From a virus (lineage: Duplodnaviria > Heunggongvirae > Uroviricota > Caudoviricetes): a stretch of DNA of 17,603 nt. The position numbers and the translations under genes were made by a program. Where the stretch lies: IMG/VR virus record IMGVR_UViG_2703718840_000011; one strand, written 5' to 3'. This document shows, piece after piece, positions 6,865-13,704 of this stretch; the stretch's first letter is position 1; the number at the start of each line of letters is the position of its first letter. The notes below the pieces were generated by a model that saw nothing but the letters and a program-made list of their open reading frames with translations, had not been told where the DNA came from and made no database searches.

Positions 6865-7817
6865 TAAGCCCCCACGTAATTCCCTGACAGATACCACTCT
6901 TCACCCGATGCAGCGCGCTTGCTGCTTTTCCGTAAACACCGCTCTTCGCGTTTTTCGGTGTACGTGCTGACGGACGGCGATAAGCGCAGGGAAAGCTCAT
7001 CCCATTTTTCCCGCAACTTCGACGGGCTGAGCACGTTACGGCACCAGAACGGATCGCGGCTGACGCGGCTGTACATCTCGCAGATTTGTTTGTGAGTACG
7101 ACCATCCTGCACACACATCAGGCGAATTTCGTTTGCCCAGGCTGTCCAGTTCGGTTCTTTGGGACGAACCACCTCGCCGTCACATTCGGCGGCTTGCTCG
7201 TACAGGGCGATGATTTTTTTCCAGAGCCACTGTGCGCAGGTCAAATCATCCTGCGTTCCCCACTGGCGCTTTTTAGGGCTGAATACAACCGCATCAGGAT
7301 GGCGAGTTAAAAAATCCTGTTCATCCGTCTGCGTGTCCGGTTGCGAAGCGTCCGGACGAGAAGGTTTTTTATCTGACGGATCATGTTTTGATTTTACTGA
7401 CGGATCCCCGCCAGATTCTGACGGGTGAAAACCCGCTTTTTTGCCAGATTTCGACGCATCAAATTTTGACGGGTCAGATTTTGATGCGTCAGATTTTGAC
7501 GGGTCAGAATCTGACAGTTGAGAAAATGCCGCTGCCTGAAGCTTCGCAACGTTAAGCTGATAAACATTCGACGCATTGCGGTTACCCTGGCGACGCGCCT
7601 TACGCGTTAACCAGCCTTCTGCTTCCAGCCGTGCGATAGCCGTTCTGACGGTACTCATCCCCGCGCCAATCTGACGGGCAATGGTTTCAATTGATGGCCA
7701 GCACACACCTTCGTCATTACTGAAATCAGCCAGGCGGGCCATAATTGCCACGCTGGATAATTTCATGCCTGATGCAGCGCAACCATCCCATACATAGCCG
7801 GTTAATTTAGTGCTCAT
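6864..7817 (-). CDS. Replication initiator, lambda O-like (N-terminal wHTH origin-binding domain, repetitive acidic linker, C-terminal domain)
   Basis: 317 aa; N-terminus MSTKLTGYVWDGCAASGMKLSSVAIMARLADFSNDEGVCWPSIETIARQIGAGMSTVRTAIARLEAEGWL is typical of phage replication O-type HTH domains. An internal repetitive linker (SDSDPSKSDASKSDPSKFDASKSGKK) is encoded by an iteron array. GAGG RBS 6 nt upstream. Confidence 0.7.
   Translation of the reverse strand: MSTKLTGYVWDGCAASGMKLSSVAIMARLADFSNDEGVCWPSIETIARQIGAGMSTVRTAIARLEAEGWLTRKARRQGNRNASNVYQLNVAKLQAAAFSQLSDSDPSKSDASKSDPSKFDASKSGKKAGFHPSESGGDPSVKSKHDPSDKKPSRPDASQPDTQTDEQDFLTRHPDAVVFSPKKRQWGTQDDLTCAQWLWKKIIALYEQAAECDGEVVRPKEPNWTAWANEIRLMCVQDGRTHKQICEMYSRVSRDPFWCRNVLSPSKLREKWDELSLRLSPSVSTYTEKREERCLRKSSKRAASGEEWYLSGNYVGA
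7369..7517. repeat. Iteron array (candidate phage origin of replication) inside the O-like gene
   Basis: Seen directly: about 8 copies of a ~15-bp unit with core (A/C)AGATTTTGACGGGTC. The last five (about 7445-7517) are strictly tandem: cagatttcgacgcat / caaattttgacgggt / cagattttgatgcgt / cagattttgacgggt / cagaatctgacag. Parallels ori-lambda, which lies within O. Confidence 0.55.
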
Positions 7818-7826
7818 GACCGACCT

Positions 7827-8165
7827 CTACTTCCCTGAATTTACGACGAAACTGTTCGAGCGGGCTGAAGCACTCATGCTCATAGCCTTCGCGGAGGTAG
7901 ATAACCCGTTGTGTTTCCGGCTCCCAACGAATGACTCTGACGGGCACTCCGTAGTGATCTTTGAACCAGCGGTTAACTTGTCGCAAAGGACTGTCTCCTT
8001 CTGCCGGTTGAAATCACCCACAGCCCACTCTGCAAAGCTGTGGGTTACAATTTCCCTGTCACCTGGTACATTTACTGCATAGCAATACTCCACCTTCGCT
8101 TTTCCACCCGGTACAGGAAGTGCAATCAGTTGCGAGCGACGGTAGTGTGTTGTTAAACTGTTCAT
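7827..8165 (-). CDS. Hypothetical protein (112 aa) between cII-like and O-like genes
   Basis: Start overlaps the cII-like stop (ATGA) and the stop lies 10 nt before the O-like start. The C-terminal third is low-complexity, so the true extent is uncertain. No family recognised. Confidence 0.4.
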   Translation of the reverse strand: MNSLTTHYRRSQLIALPVPGGKAKVEYCYAVNVPGDREIVTHSFAEWAVGDFNRQKETVLCDKLTAGSKITTECPSESFVGSRKHNGLSTSAKAMSMSASARSNSFVVNSGK

Positions 8166-8776
8166 GCGTTAGTTTCTCCACAACCAGAAGCAATCGACGC
8201 CACGACGCCCGGAGCTGCACACTCGCGGGCGTCATTACTTTCTGAAATGCAAAAAATTTTGTAGACAAGTGCTGCATGCTCCTGCAGCTTCGAAATTGAG
8301 AGATACAGCTCGTCGTTAATTGCTGTCTTCTCATGCGGTTCCACTACACCGTCTTCGATTGCTGAACGAATCTGTTTTGAATAACTGCCGATCTGTTCAA
8401 TGACTTCCAGCAGACGCTGGTTAATATCGGCGTTGTCCACATCCTCGACGTCAGGAAGAGACACAAAGACGCCATTTGCAGACTGCGCCACAGCATCAGC
8501 AATGAAGTGAGTTCCACCAGCACGTTGCAAAATCATTGCCCATCCCAGCGGGAAAATCTGATCGCCATCAGCACGAAGGCGGTTAAATAATGCGTTCTCT
8601 GTTACATCCAGCCAGTCAGCTGCTTCAGCGTAACCACCCGGCAACTTTGCGATAGTTTTTCTGACAGCTTTCACGTACCACTCAGGCTGTTTTTCTACTT
8701 TCCAGTGATGCTTACCCACGGTTAGCCTCATCGTTCTGTGGTTTCTGTTAATCGATTTATCCATTAGATTTTTCAT
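8162..8776 (-). CDS. CII-like regulatory protein (phage 186 CII / YdaT-like); start uncertain
   Basis: Sits immediately downstream of cro. The segment [25 protein letters not shown] resembles the 186-CII-type motif (LRNKLNPEQPHQFTPPELWLL). The track ORF begins at a GTG (8833) inside cro; in-frame ATGs at about 8776, 8764 and 8731 are more plausible, none with a strong SD. Confidence 0.45.
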   Translation of the reverse strand: MKNLMDKSINRNHRTMRLTVGKHHWKVEKQPEWYVKAVRKTIAKLPGGYAEAADWLDVTENALFNRLRADGDQIFPLGWAMILQRAGGTHFIADAVAQSANGVFVSLPDVEDVDNADINQRLLEVIEQIGSYSKQIRSAIEDGVVEPHEKTAINDELYLSISKLQEHAALVYKIFCISESNDARECAAPGVVASIASGCGETNA

Positions 8777-8957
8777 AAAGCTCAGGTTTAAATGGCAACC
8801 GTCCGCAAGTTCTATATGCAGCTTCTGCTGCACGTCCTTTTGGAATTAACTGGCCCGGACGGTTTCGCCACTGATAAACGGCTTCAGTTGTTATGCCGAA
8901 AAAAGCAGCAACTTTCTCAATACTGCCGAAGTAGCTTTCGATATCGTCAGTTGTCAT
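8757..8957 (-). CDS. Cro-like small HTH regulator (YdaS-type)
   Basis: 66 aa, divergent from the cI-like repressor with a ~97-bp operator-containing intergenic region; GGAGGG RBS. HTH-like segment VAAFFGITTEAVYQWRN. Confidence 0.65.
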   Translation of the reverse strand: MTTDDIESYFGSIEKVAAFFGITTEAVYQWRNRPGQLIPKGRAAEAAYRTCGRLPFKPELYEKSNG

Positions 8958-9054
8958 ACGCCCTCCAAACTAAGTTTTATTAGATGCTAATTACAAATCT
9001 ATCTTTGGTCAATAAAAACTAAGATTACTTAGCAATTCAAGAAATGGTGCTCCT
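8958..9054. promoter_or_regulatory. Immunity switch region (OR-like): divergent promoters with palindromic operator candidates
   Basis: Palindromes TTAGATGCTAA (about 8980-8990) and CTAAGATTACTTAG (about 9019-9032); ACTAAG repeated at about 8969 and 9018. Candidate minus-strand promoter TTGACC-17 bp-TAGCAT whose -10 overlaps the first palindrome. Confidence 0.4.
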
Positions 9055-9681
9055 ATGGAAACGGTTGGTCAGCGTATAAAAGCTCTGAGAAGAGTTACCA
9101 GAACGTCCCAGAAAGAATTGGGTAAATTTTGTGGAGTAAGCGACGTTGCTGTGGGGTACTGGGAGAAAGACATCAATACCCCTGGTGGGGAGGCACTTTC
9201 GAAATTAGCGAAGTTCTTCAATACGTCAATAGATTACATTCTTTATGGTGCTGAGTTTGAAGGCAAACTCGTCACAAACATGCGCAGAGTTCCTGTAATA
9301 TCGTGGGTTCAGGCTGGGCAGTTTACTGAGTGCAGGGCAGCAGAAGTGTTTAGTGAAGTGGACAAGTGGGTAGATACATCATTAAAGATTGGTGATAACT
9401 CATTTGCATTAGAGGTTAAAGGTGACTCCATGACTAACCCTAATGGCCTCCCAACAATACCAGAAGGCGCAACAGTGATTGTAGATCCAGATGCAGAACC
9501 TCGTCATGGAAAAATAGTCATCGCTCGACTTGATGGAACAAACGAAGCTACAGTAAAAAAATTAGTCATCGATGGCCCTCAAAAGTTTTTAGTGCCATTA
9601 AATCCTCGGTATCCCAACATCCCTATCAATGGTAATTGCCTTATCATTGGTGTAGTCAAAGGAGTTCAATACGAACTCTAA
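9055..9681 (+). CDS. cI-like prophage repressor (N-terminal XRE-type HTH, C-terminal S24 LexA-like autopeptidase)
   Basis: 208 aa; HTH QKELGKFCGVSDVAVGYWEKD; C-terminal domain with Ser nucleophile in GDSMTNP and Lys in ATVKKLVIDG, the hallmark of RecA-stimulated self-cleaving repressors. Confidence 0.85.
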   Translation: METVGQRIKALRRVTRTSQKELGKFCGVSDVAVGYWEKDINTPGGEALSKLAKFFNTSIDYILYGAEFEGKLVTNMRRVPVISWVQAGQFTECRAAEVFSEVDKWVDTSLKIGDNSFALEVKGDSMTNPNGLPTIPEGATVIVDPDAEPRHGKIVIARLDGTNEATVKKLVIDGPQKFLVPLNPRYPNIPINGNCLIIGVVKGVQYEL

Positions 9682-9695
9682 GACCTCTCTTCTCT

Positions 9696-9763
9696 AACTA
9701 AGGCACCGAACTAAGAAAAGTTTGGTGTTTTCTCTTGCCATAATAACTAAGTTAAGTTAGATT
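9696..9763 (+). promoter_or_regulatory. PL-like early-left promoter/operator candidate immediately downstream of cI
   Basis: Three AACTAAG copies (about 9696, 9709, 9745), sharing the ACTAAG core seen in the cI-cro intergenic region. Candidate promoter TTGCCA (about 9735-9740), 17-bp spacer containing AACTAAG, TAGATT (about 9758-9763). Confidence 0.35.
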
Positions 9764-9865
9764 TTATGTCAAAGATAACGAACAGGCAGGACGCCCACGA
9801 AGTAGCCGCCGGTGGCGTATGAATGACCGGATGATTCGTTAAATACTATGTGTAAGAGAGCGCAA

Positions 9866-10068
9866 ATGAACCGTTATTTCACATGCTCGTTTTGTGGCGC
9901 AAACGAGCTGCAGGCAAAAAAATCATCGCCAAAGGCGGAAAAGATGAAGTTGCTATCTGCTCTGAGTGCGTAGTCTTGTGTGTCGGAGCATTAATCAATA
10001 TCAGCACAACTATTCAGTTCACACCAAATGAGAATGCGCCTTTAGATGCGCGGAAATCTGGAGGTTAA
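9866..10068 (+). pseudogene. Small ClpX-N-terminal-type C4 zinc-finger protein ORF, split by a -1 frame change at an A7 run (slippery heptamer A AAA AAA)
   Basis: ATG at about 9866 opens MNRYFTCSFCGANELQAKK..., which stops after 35 codons. The track ORF 9883-10068 in the -1 frame continues ...KKIIAKGGKDEVAICSECVVLCVGAL. Joined, they give CSFCG...ICSECVVLC, similar to the ClpX zinc-binding domain (YCSFCGKSQHEV...YICDECVDLC). The frames meet in the A7 run at about 9916-9922. Confidence 0.5.
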
Positions 10069-10076
10069 AGAACAAA

Positions 10077-10352
10077 ATGAAAGTCCAGATTTTAAACAAT
10101 AGTGGTGAAGTCGTTTGGTCATACGACATAGCCGCTCCTGTAGATCAGAGCGGCGATAGCTGGACCAATGGGAAACATCAGATTATGGCTGGAGTTGTAT
10201 TCTCTTTACACCGTGCTTTGGAACAGGCTGAAGTATTTCCATCAGACCCTGAATGGAAATGGCCTTTTTCTATTTGTCCAAATTCGGAGAGCACATTTCA
10301 GAAAATTGGTCAGAAAGTCGCACTCGAAGAGCATCAGCCAACTGTTTTCTGA
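10077..10352 (+). CDS. Hypothetical protein (91 aa)
   Basis: GGAGG about 10 nt upstream of the ATG and immediately after the stop of the zinc-finger ORF, which is operon-like. No family recognised. The 3' end overlaps a convergent ORF. Confidence 0.45.
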   Translation: MKVQILNNSGEVVWSYDIAAPVDQSGDSWTNGKHQIMAGVVFSLHRALEQAEVFPSDPEWKWPFSICPNSESTFQKIGQKVALEEHQPTVF

Positions 10353-10515
10353 TTTTTTCAGGTAACTCGTCGGCATCGCAGAAACAACAACGCTCGATCA
10401 TGTTGAAAGCCGATTCGTAGAACTGTTTCTGCTGAGTGTCGCTGAGACAGGAAAAGAGCGACGTTACGATGATTTTATTAATTGCATTATCAAGTTCTTT
10501 TTCATCAAAAGTCAT
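10270..10515 (-). CDS. Hypothetical protein (81 aa), convergent to the early-left operon
   Basis: Plausible amino-acid composition; AAGGAAAA RBS-like sequence 5-6 nt upstream of the ATG. Its 3' end overlaps the + strand 91-aa ORF by about 83 bp, so one of the two is probably shorter or not real. Confidence 0.35.
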   Translation of the reverse strand: MTFDEKELDNAINKIIVTSLFSCLSDTQQKQFYESAFNMIERCCFCDADELPEKIRKQLADALRVRLSDQFSEMCSPNLDK

Positions 10516-10769
10516 TTGATTTTCCTTTTATGTATACGGGCTTAAAAGGATACCACCGAGCCTGAAGTGGTGAAAAGACAGGCACATAACAGCTAAGTAT
10601 TTTCAACCAGAGAGAATCCTTAGCGTTGTGGTGAATGCGGCTCAGCGCACGCGGGTTAAGGTTGAGGCTGACAGTCGACCTTCTGTGGATACCCACCCGT
10701 CTGGTGTGCAACCTTCGCCAGGCACCGGGAGGCACCCGGCACCACAACTTTATGCTGTGTGTAGTCCTG

Positions 10770-10815
10770 GCGGTACCAGTTTGTACCCTTGCTTCCGGCT
10801 GGTACCGCTCTTTTT
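10770..10815 (+). terminator. Rho-independent terminator inside the early-left transcription unit
   Basis: GCGGTACCAG - 19-nt loop - CTGGTACCGC followed by TCTTTTTAC, a 10-bp perfect stem with a T-run on the + strand. Confidence 0.5.
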
Positions 10816-10904
10816 ACAAAACAGAGAAGAGCATCACCGGACGACGGGCTCATAACCCAATCCATCCGGGCGGCTGCCACCGCAGGTGTTCTTCTCTGTT
10901 TTGT
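10816..10904 (+). other. Large stem-loop: perfect 15-bp inverted repeat (ACAAAACAGAGAAGA ... TCTTCTCTGTTTTGT) separated by ~59 nt of GC-rich sequence, in the leader of the yfdP-like gene
   Basis: Seen directly, immediately after the terminator T-run and about 50 nt before the next gene's RBS. The stem can extend by a few pairs and the interior contains sub-hairpins. Confidence 0.45.
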
Positions 10905-10952
10905 GGAGAAACCAACCGACCTTGCAGGGTCGATATGATGAGGAGCAGCAAA

Positions 10953-11315
10953 ATGGCTAGCGAACGCAGTACTGATGTGCAGGCATTTATCGGGGAGCTG
11001 GACGGCGGCGTATTTGAAACCAAAATCGGCGCAGTTCTCAGTGAAGTCGCTTCCGGTGTGATGAACACGAAAACCAAAGGTAAGGTCTCGCTCAACCTGG
11101 AAATCGAACCGTTTGATGAGAACCGTGTGAAAATAAAACATAAACTCTCATATGTTCGCCCGACTAACCGCGGGAAAATTTCCGAAGAAGACACCACCGA
11201 AACACCGATGTATGTCAATCGCGGTGGTCGCCTGACTATTCTGCAGGAAGACCAGGGACAATTACTGACTCTTGCCGGTGAACCTGACGGAAAACTCCGC
11301 GCAGCAGGTCATTAA
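10953..11315 (+). CDS. Hypothetical protein, 120 aa (YfdP-like by position and length)
   Basis: Start chosen at the internal ATG preceded by GAGGAG with 7-nt spacing. The long track ORF from 10635 is an artefact of GC-rich structured sequence upstream. Length and position match what I recall for yfdP of CPS-53; the sequence identity is not confirmed. Confidence 0.55.
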   Translation: MASERSTDVQAFIGELDGGVFETKIGAVLSEVASGVMNTKTKGKVSLNLEIEPFDENRVKIKHKLSYVRPTNRGKISEEDTTETPMYVNRGGRLTILQEDQGQLLTLAGEPDGKLRAAGH

Positions 11316-11379
11316 TATCGTTTTTAATTAACTGATTATTTATCTCATCACTGAATATTTTATATAGTGAGGACTGATT

Positions 11380-12204
11380 ATGTCTCAGAACTTAGACGCA
11401 ACCGCAATTAATCAAATCCATGCCCTTATTTCTGCTCAGGGTGTTAATGAAATTATCAGTAAGATTGGTGCCGATGCTGTGGCATTGCCTGAGAATTTCC
11501 GCATTCATGATCTGGAAAAATTTAATTTAAATCGCTTCCGTTTCCGTGGTGCGCTTTCCACTGCCAGCATCGATGACTTTACCCGTTATTCTAAAGATCT
11601 TGCAGATGAAGGCACCCGCTGCTTTATCGATGCTGATAATATGCGTGCCGTCAGTGTGCTTAACCTGGGTACTATTGATGAACCAGGTCACGCAGATAAC
11701 ACCGCCACTCTCAAACTGAAAAAGACAGCACCGTTCTCTGCCCTGTTGTCTGTTAACGGCGAGCGTAACTCCCAGAAGTCACTGGCAGAATGGATTGAAG
11801 ACTGGGCCGACTACCTTGTGGGCTTTGATGCTAATGGTGACGCCATTCAGGCAACCAAAGCTGCTGCGGCGATCCGTAAAATCACAATTGAAGCGAACCA
11901 GACCGCTGATTTTGAAGATAATGACTTCAGCGGCAAACGCTCCCTGATGGAGTCTGTCGAAGCGAAGACCAAAGACATTATGCCTGTGGCATTTGAATTT
12001 AAATGCGTTCCGTTTGAAGGTCTGAAAGAACGTCCGTTTAAATTACGCCTCAGCATTATCACTGGCGATCGTCCTGTACTGGTTCTGCGCATTATTCAGC
12101 TGGAAGCGGTGCAGGAAGAAATGGCTAACGAATTTCGTGATCTGCTTGTTGAGAAATTCAAAGACAGCAAAGTAGAAACCTTTATTGGTACTTTCACCGC
12201 CTGA
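11380..12204 (+). CDS. yfdQ: YfdQ-like prophage protein (274 aa), function unknown
   Basis: 274-aa ORF with GAGGA RBS. Length, N-terminus ([14 protein letters not shown]...) and the yfdP-Q-R-S-T gene order match my recollection of the CPS-53/KplE1 yfdQ gene. Symbol given on that recollection, not a search. Confidence 0.7.
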   Translation: MSQNLDATAINQIHALISAQGVNEIISKIGADAVALPENFRIHDLEKFNLNRFRFRGALSTASIDDFTRYSKDLADEGTRCFIDADNMRAVSVLNLGTIDEPGHADNTATLKLKKTAPFSALLSVNGERNSQKSLAEWIEDWADYLVGFDANGDAIQATKAAAAIRKITIEANQTADFEDNDFSGKRSLMESVEAKTKDIMPVAFEFKCVPFEGLKERPFKLRLSIITGDRPVLVLRIIQLEAVQEEMANEFRDLLVEKFKDSKVETFIGTFTA

Positions 12205-12216
12205 TTTCATTACTGC

Positions 12217-12240
12217 AAATGCCCCTGCGGGGGCATTTAT
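12217..12240 (+). terminator. Hairpin (AAATGCCCC-TGCG-GGGGCATTT) after the yfdQ-like gene; weak terminator or attenuator
   Basis: 9-bp GC-rich stem seen directly, with only a short T tract (ATTTAT). Confidence 0.35.
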
Positions 12241-12331
12241 GGAAACGTAATTAACTCAATAATCACCGGATGGTGAGGGCTTCCTTTTACCAGAATTCAG
12301 CGCGGTGCAGTGCATATACGTGGAGAATAAA

Positions 12332-12868
12332 ATGTCATTTATTAAAACTTTTTCCGGGAAGCATTTTTATTATGACAAGATAAATAAAGACGACATCGAT
12401 ATTAACGATATCGCGGTTTCCCTTTCAAATATCTGTCGCTTTGCCGGTCATCTTTCGCACTTCTACAGCGTCGCCCAACATGCGGTTCTTTGCAGCATGC
12501 TGGTGCCGCAGGAATTTGCTTTTGAAGCGTTAATGCATGATGCAACAGAAGCGTATTGCCAGGACATCCCGGCTCCACTGAAACGCCTTCTTCCTGACTA
12601 TAAACGGATGGAAGAAAAAATAGACGCCGTAATCCGTGAGAAATACGGGTTACCCCCGGTTATGAGCACGCCCGTGAAATATGCCGATCTCATCATGCTG
12701 GCAACCGAACGCCGCGATCTCGGGCTTGATGATGGCTCTTTCTGGCCTGTACTGGAAGGTATCCCGGCAACAGAGATGTTCAAAGTGATTCCACTGTCGC
12801 CAGGCCATGCCTATGGGATGTTTATGGAACGTTTTAACGAGTTATCGGAGTTACGCAAATGCGCATGA
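12332..12868 (+). CDS. yfdR: HD-domain phosphohydrolase (YfbR-type 5'-deoxynucleotidase fold), YfdR-like
   Basis: Start at the internal ATG (MSFIKTFSGKHFYYDKIN) preceded by GGAGAATAAA, giving 178 aa. H...HD metal-binding motifs (SVAQHAV, ALMHDATEAY). Confidence 0.75.
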   Translation: MSFIKTFSGKHFYYDKINKDDIDINDIAVSLSNICRFAGHLSHFYSVAQHAVLCSMLVPQEFAFEALMHDATEAYCQDIPAPLKRLLPDYKRMEEKIDAVIREKYGLPPVMSTPVKYADLIMLATERRDLGLDDGSFWPVLEGIPATEMFKVIPLSPGHAYGMFMERFNELSELRKCA

Positions 12869-13221
12869 ATGTTTTCGAAATGGAAGGGTTTCTTCGCGGG
12901 AAATGTGTACCGCGAGATCTGAAAGTGAACGAAACAAATGCTGAGTACCTAGTACGTAAATTCGACGCGCTTGAAGCTAAATGTGCGGCACTGGAAAACA
13001 AAATAATACCAGTGTCAGCTGAACTGCCACCTGCAAATGAAAGTGTTCTGTTATTTGATGCTAACGGAGAAGGCTGGCTAATTGGCTGGCGTTCTCTCTG
13101 GTACACCTGGGGACAAAAAGAAACCGGAGAATGGCAGTGGACATTTCAGGTCGGGGACCTTGAAAACGTCAATATCACTCACTGGGCAGTAATGCCGAAA
13201 GCACCGGAGAATAAGAAATGA
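12859..13221 (+). CDS. yfdS: YfdS-like hypothetical protein (120 aa)
   Basis: Start overlaps the yfdR-like stop (translationally coupled). Length and order match my recollection of yfdS. Confidence 0.65.
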   Translation: MRMNVFEMEGFLRGKCVPRDLKVNETNAEYLVRKFDALEAKCAALENKIIPVSAELPPANESVLLFDANGEGWLIGWRSLWYTWGQKETGEWQWTFQVGDLENVNITHWAVMPKAPENKK

Positions 13222-13433
13222 GCGTGATAAAAACTCATACAGGAATTGTTATTACCCGAAACGGTCCGCAGGTAAAAAAACTGCACCAGACAAAGCGGAT
13301 GTGGGTCGTCGGAGAAAACGAGTTTTACCACAAAGAAACCGGACGCCGCCACTTTGCAGAAAATACGCGCCGCCGACTGCTCCTGGACAGCATCAGGCCA
13401 ATTAAACAGGTAGCAACCAGAGAACAAAATTAA
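13218..13433 (+). CDS. Hypothetical small basic protein (71 aa) in the yfdT position
   Basis: ATGA overlap with the upstream gene. K/R-rich. Shorter than the ~100 aa I recall for yfdT, so no symbol assigned. Confidence 0.5.
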   Translation: MSVIKTHTGIVITRNGPQVKKLHQTKRMWVVGENEFYHKETGRRHFAENTRRRLLLDSIRPIKQVATREQN

Positions 13434-13494
13434 TTATCAGGACTGAAATTTGATATTACTGCCCGTGTGCAGCGGGTTAAGTGGAGAAACAGCC

Positions 13495-13704
13495 ATGGCA
13501 AAACTAATGAAAGCGAGCCAATGGGGACGCCGTGAATTCTCTAATGGCTCAATTCCTGACAACCGAACGATAAAACGCTGGGTCGAGAACGGTCTGCTCA
13601 TGGGGCGTATAGTGGACGGTTCTGTTTTTGTCTGCGAAACAGAAAAATGGGGAGTCGACTCAATGGTTAGTCAAGCTGTTCGCAAGTTAATAAATGAGGG
13701 ATGA
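13495..13704 (+). CDS. xis: Excisionase (lambda Xis-type)
   Basis: KASQWGRREFSNGSIPDNRTIKRWVENGLLMGRIVDGSVFVCETEKWGV parallels lambda Xis (LQEWNARQRRPRSLETVRRWVRECRIFPP...GREYLFHESAVKV). Start chosen at the ATG with GGAG 8 nt upstream. Its stop overlaps the integrase start. Confidence 0.6.
   Translation: MAKLMKASQWGRREFSNGSIPDNRTIKRWVENGLLMGRIVDGSVFVCETEKWGVDSMVSQAVRKLINEG

Noticed and set aside
5918-6867. ORFs 5918-6205 (+), 5946-6458 (-), 6067-6648 (+), 6543-6743 (-), 6655-6867 (+), and the 5' extension of the Dam ORF to 6897
   Set aside because: Antisense or out-of-frame with the LexA-like and Dam genes, whose motifs (wHTH, NPPY) define the true frame. The long Dam start would overlap the O-like gene by 33 nt, whereas the internal ATG has a GGGGG RBS.
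7369-7517. Possible CRISPR array
   Set aside because: The repeats are ~15-bp contiguous iterons without spacers, inside a replication gene; this is an origin-type array.
6857-7576. ORFs 6857-7114 (-), 7086-7310 (+), 7159-7428 (+), 7394-7576 (-) within the O-like gene
   Set aside because: Alternative frames of the O-like gene; the 7394-7576 ORF is simply the iteron repeats read in another frame (QNLTRQNL repeats).
8053-8068. LexA SOS box (CTGT-N8-ACAT) upstream of the O-like gene
   Set aside because: A single near-match with a mismatch in the conserved ACAG half-site and no AT-rich spacer; likely chance.
7810-8082. Plus-strand 90-aa ORF antisense to the 112-aa minus-strand ORF
   Set aside because: The minus-strand ORF is translationally coupled to the cII-like gene and lies in the operon direction; the + ORF has no RBS and would be transcribed against the early-right operon.
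8776-8833. 5' extension of the cII-like ORF to the GTG at 8833
   Set aside because: It would overlap the cro-like gene by 77 nt; internal ATGs are more plausible starts.
10505-11218. ORFs 10505-10747 (-), 10628-10855 (+), 10656-11141 (-), 10850-11218 (-), and the 10635 start of the long + ORF
   Set aside because: Arg/Cys/His/Pro-rich translations of GC-rich structured sequence without RBSs. The region is better explained as terminator and structured leader, with the real gene starting at the ATG near 10953 behind GAGGAG.
11847-13427. Antisense ORFs 11847-12092, 12598-12783, 12834-13106, 13179-13427
   Set aside because: Embedded antisense within the yfdQ/R/S/T-like genes.
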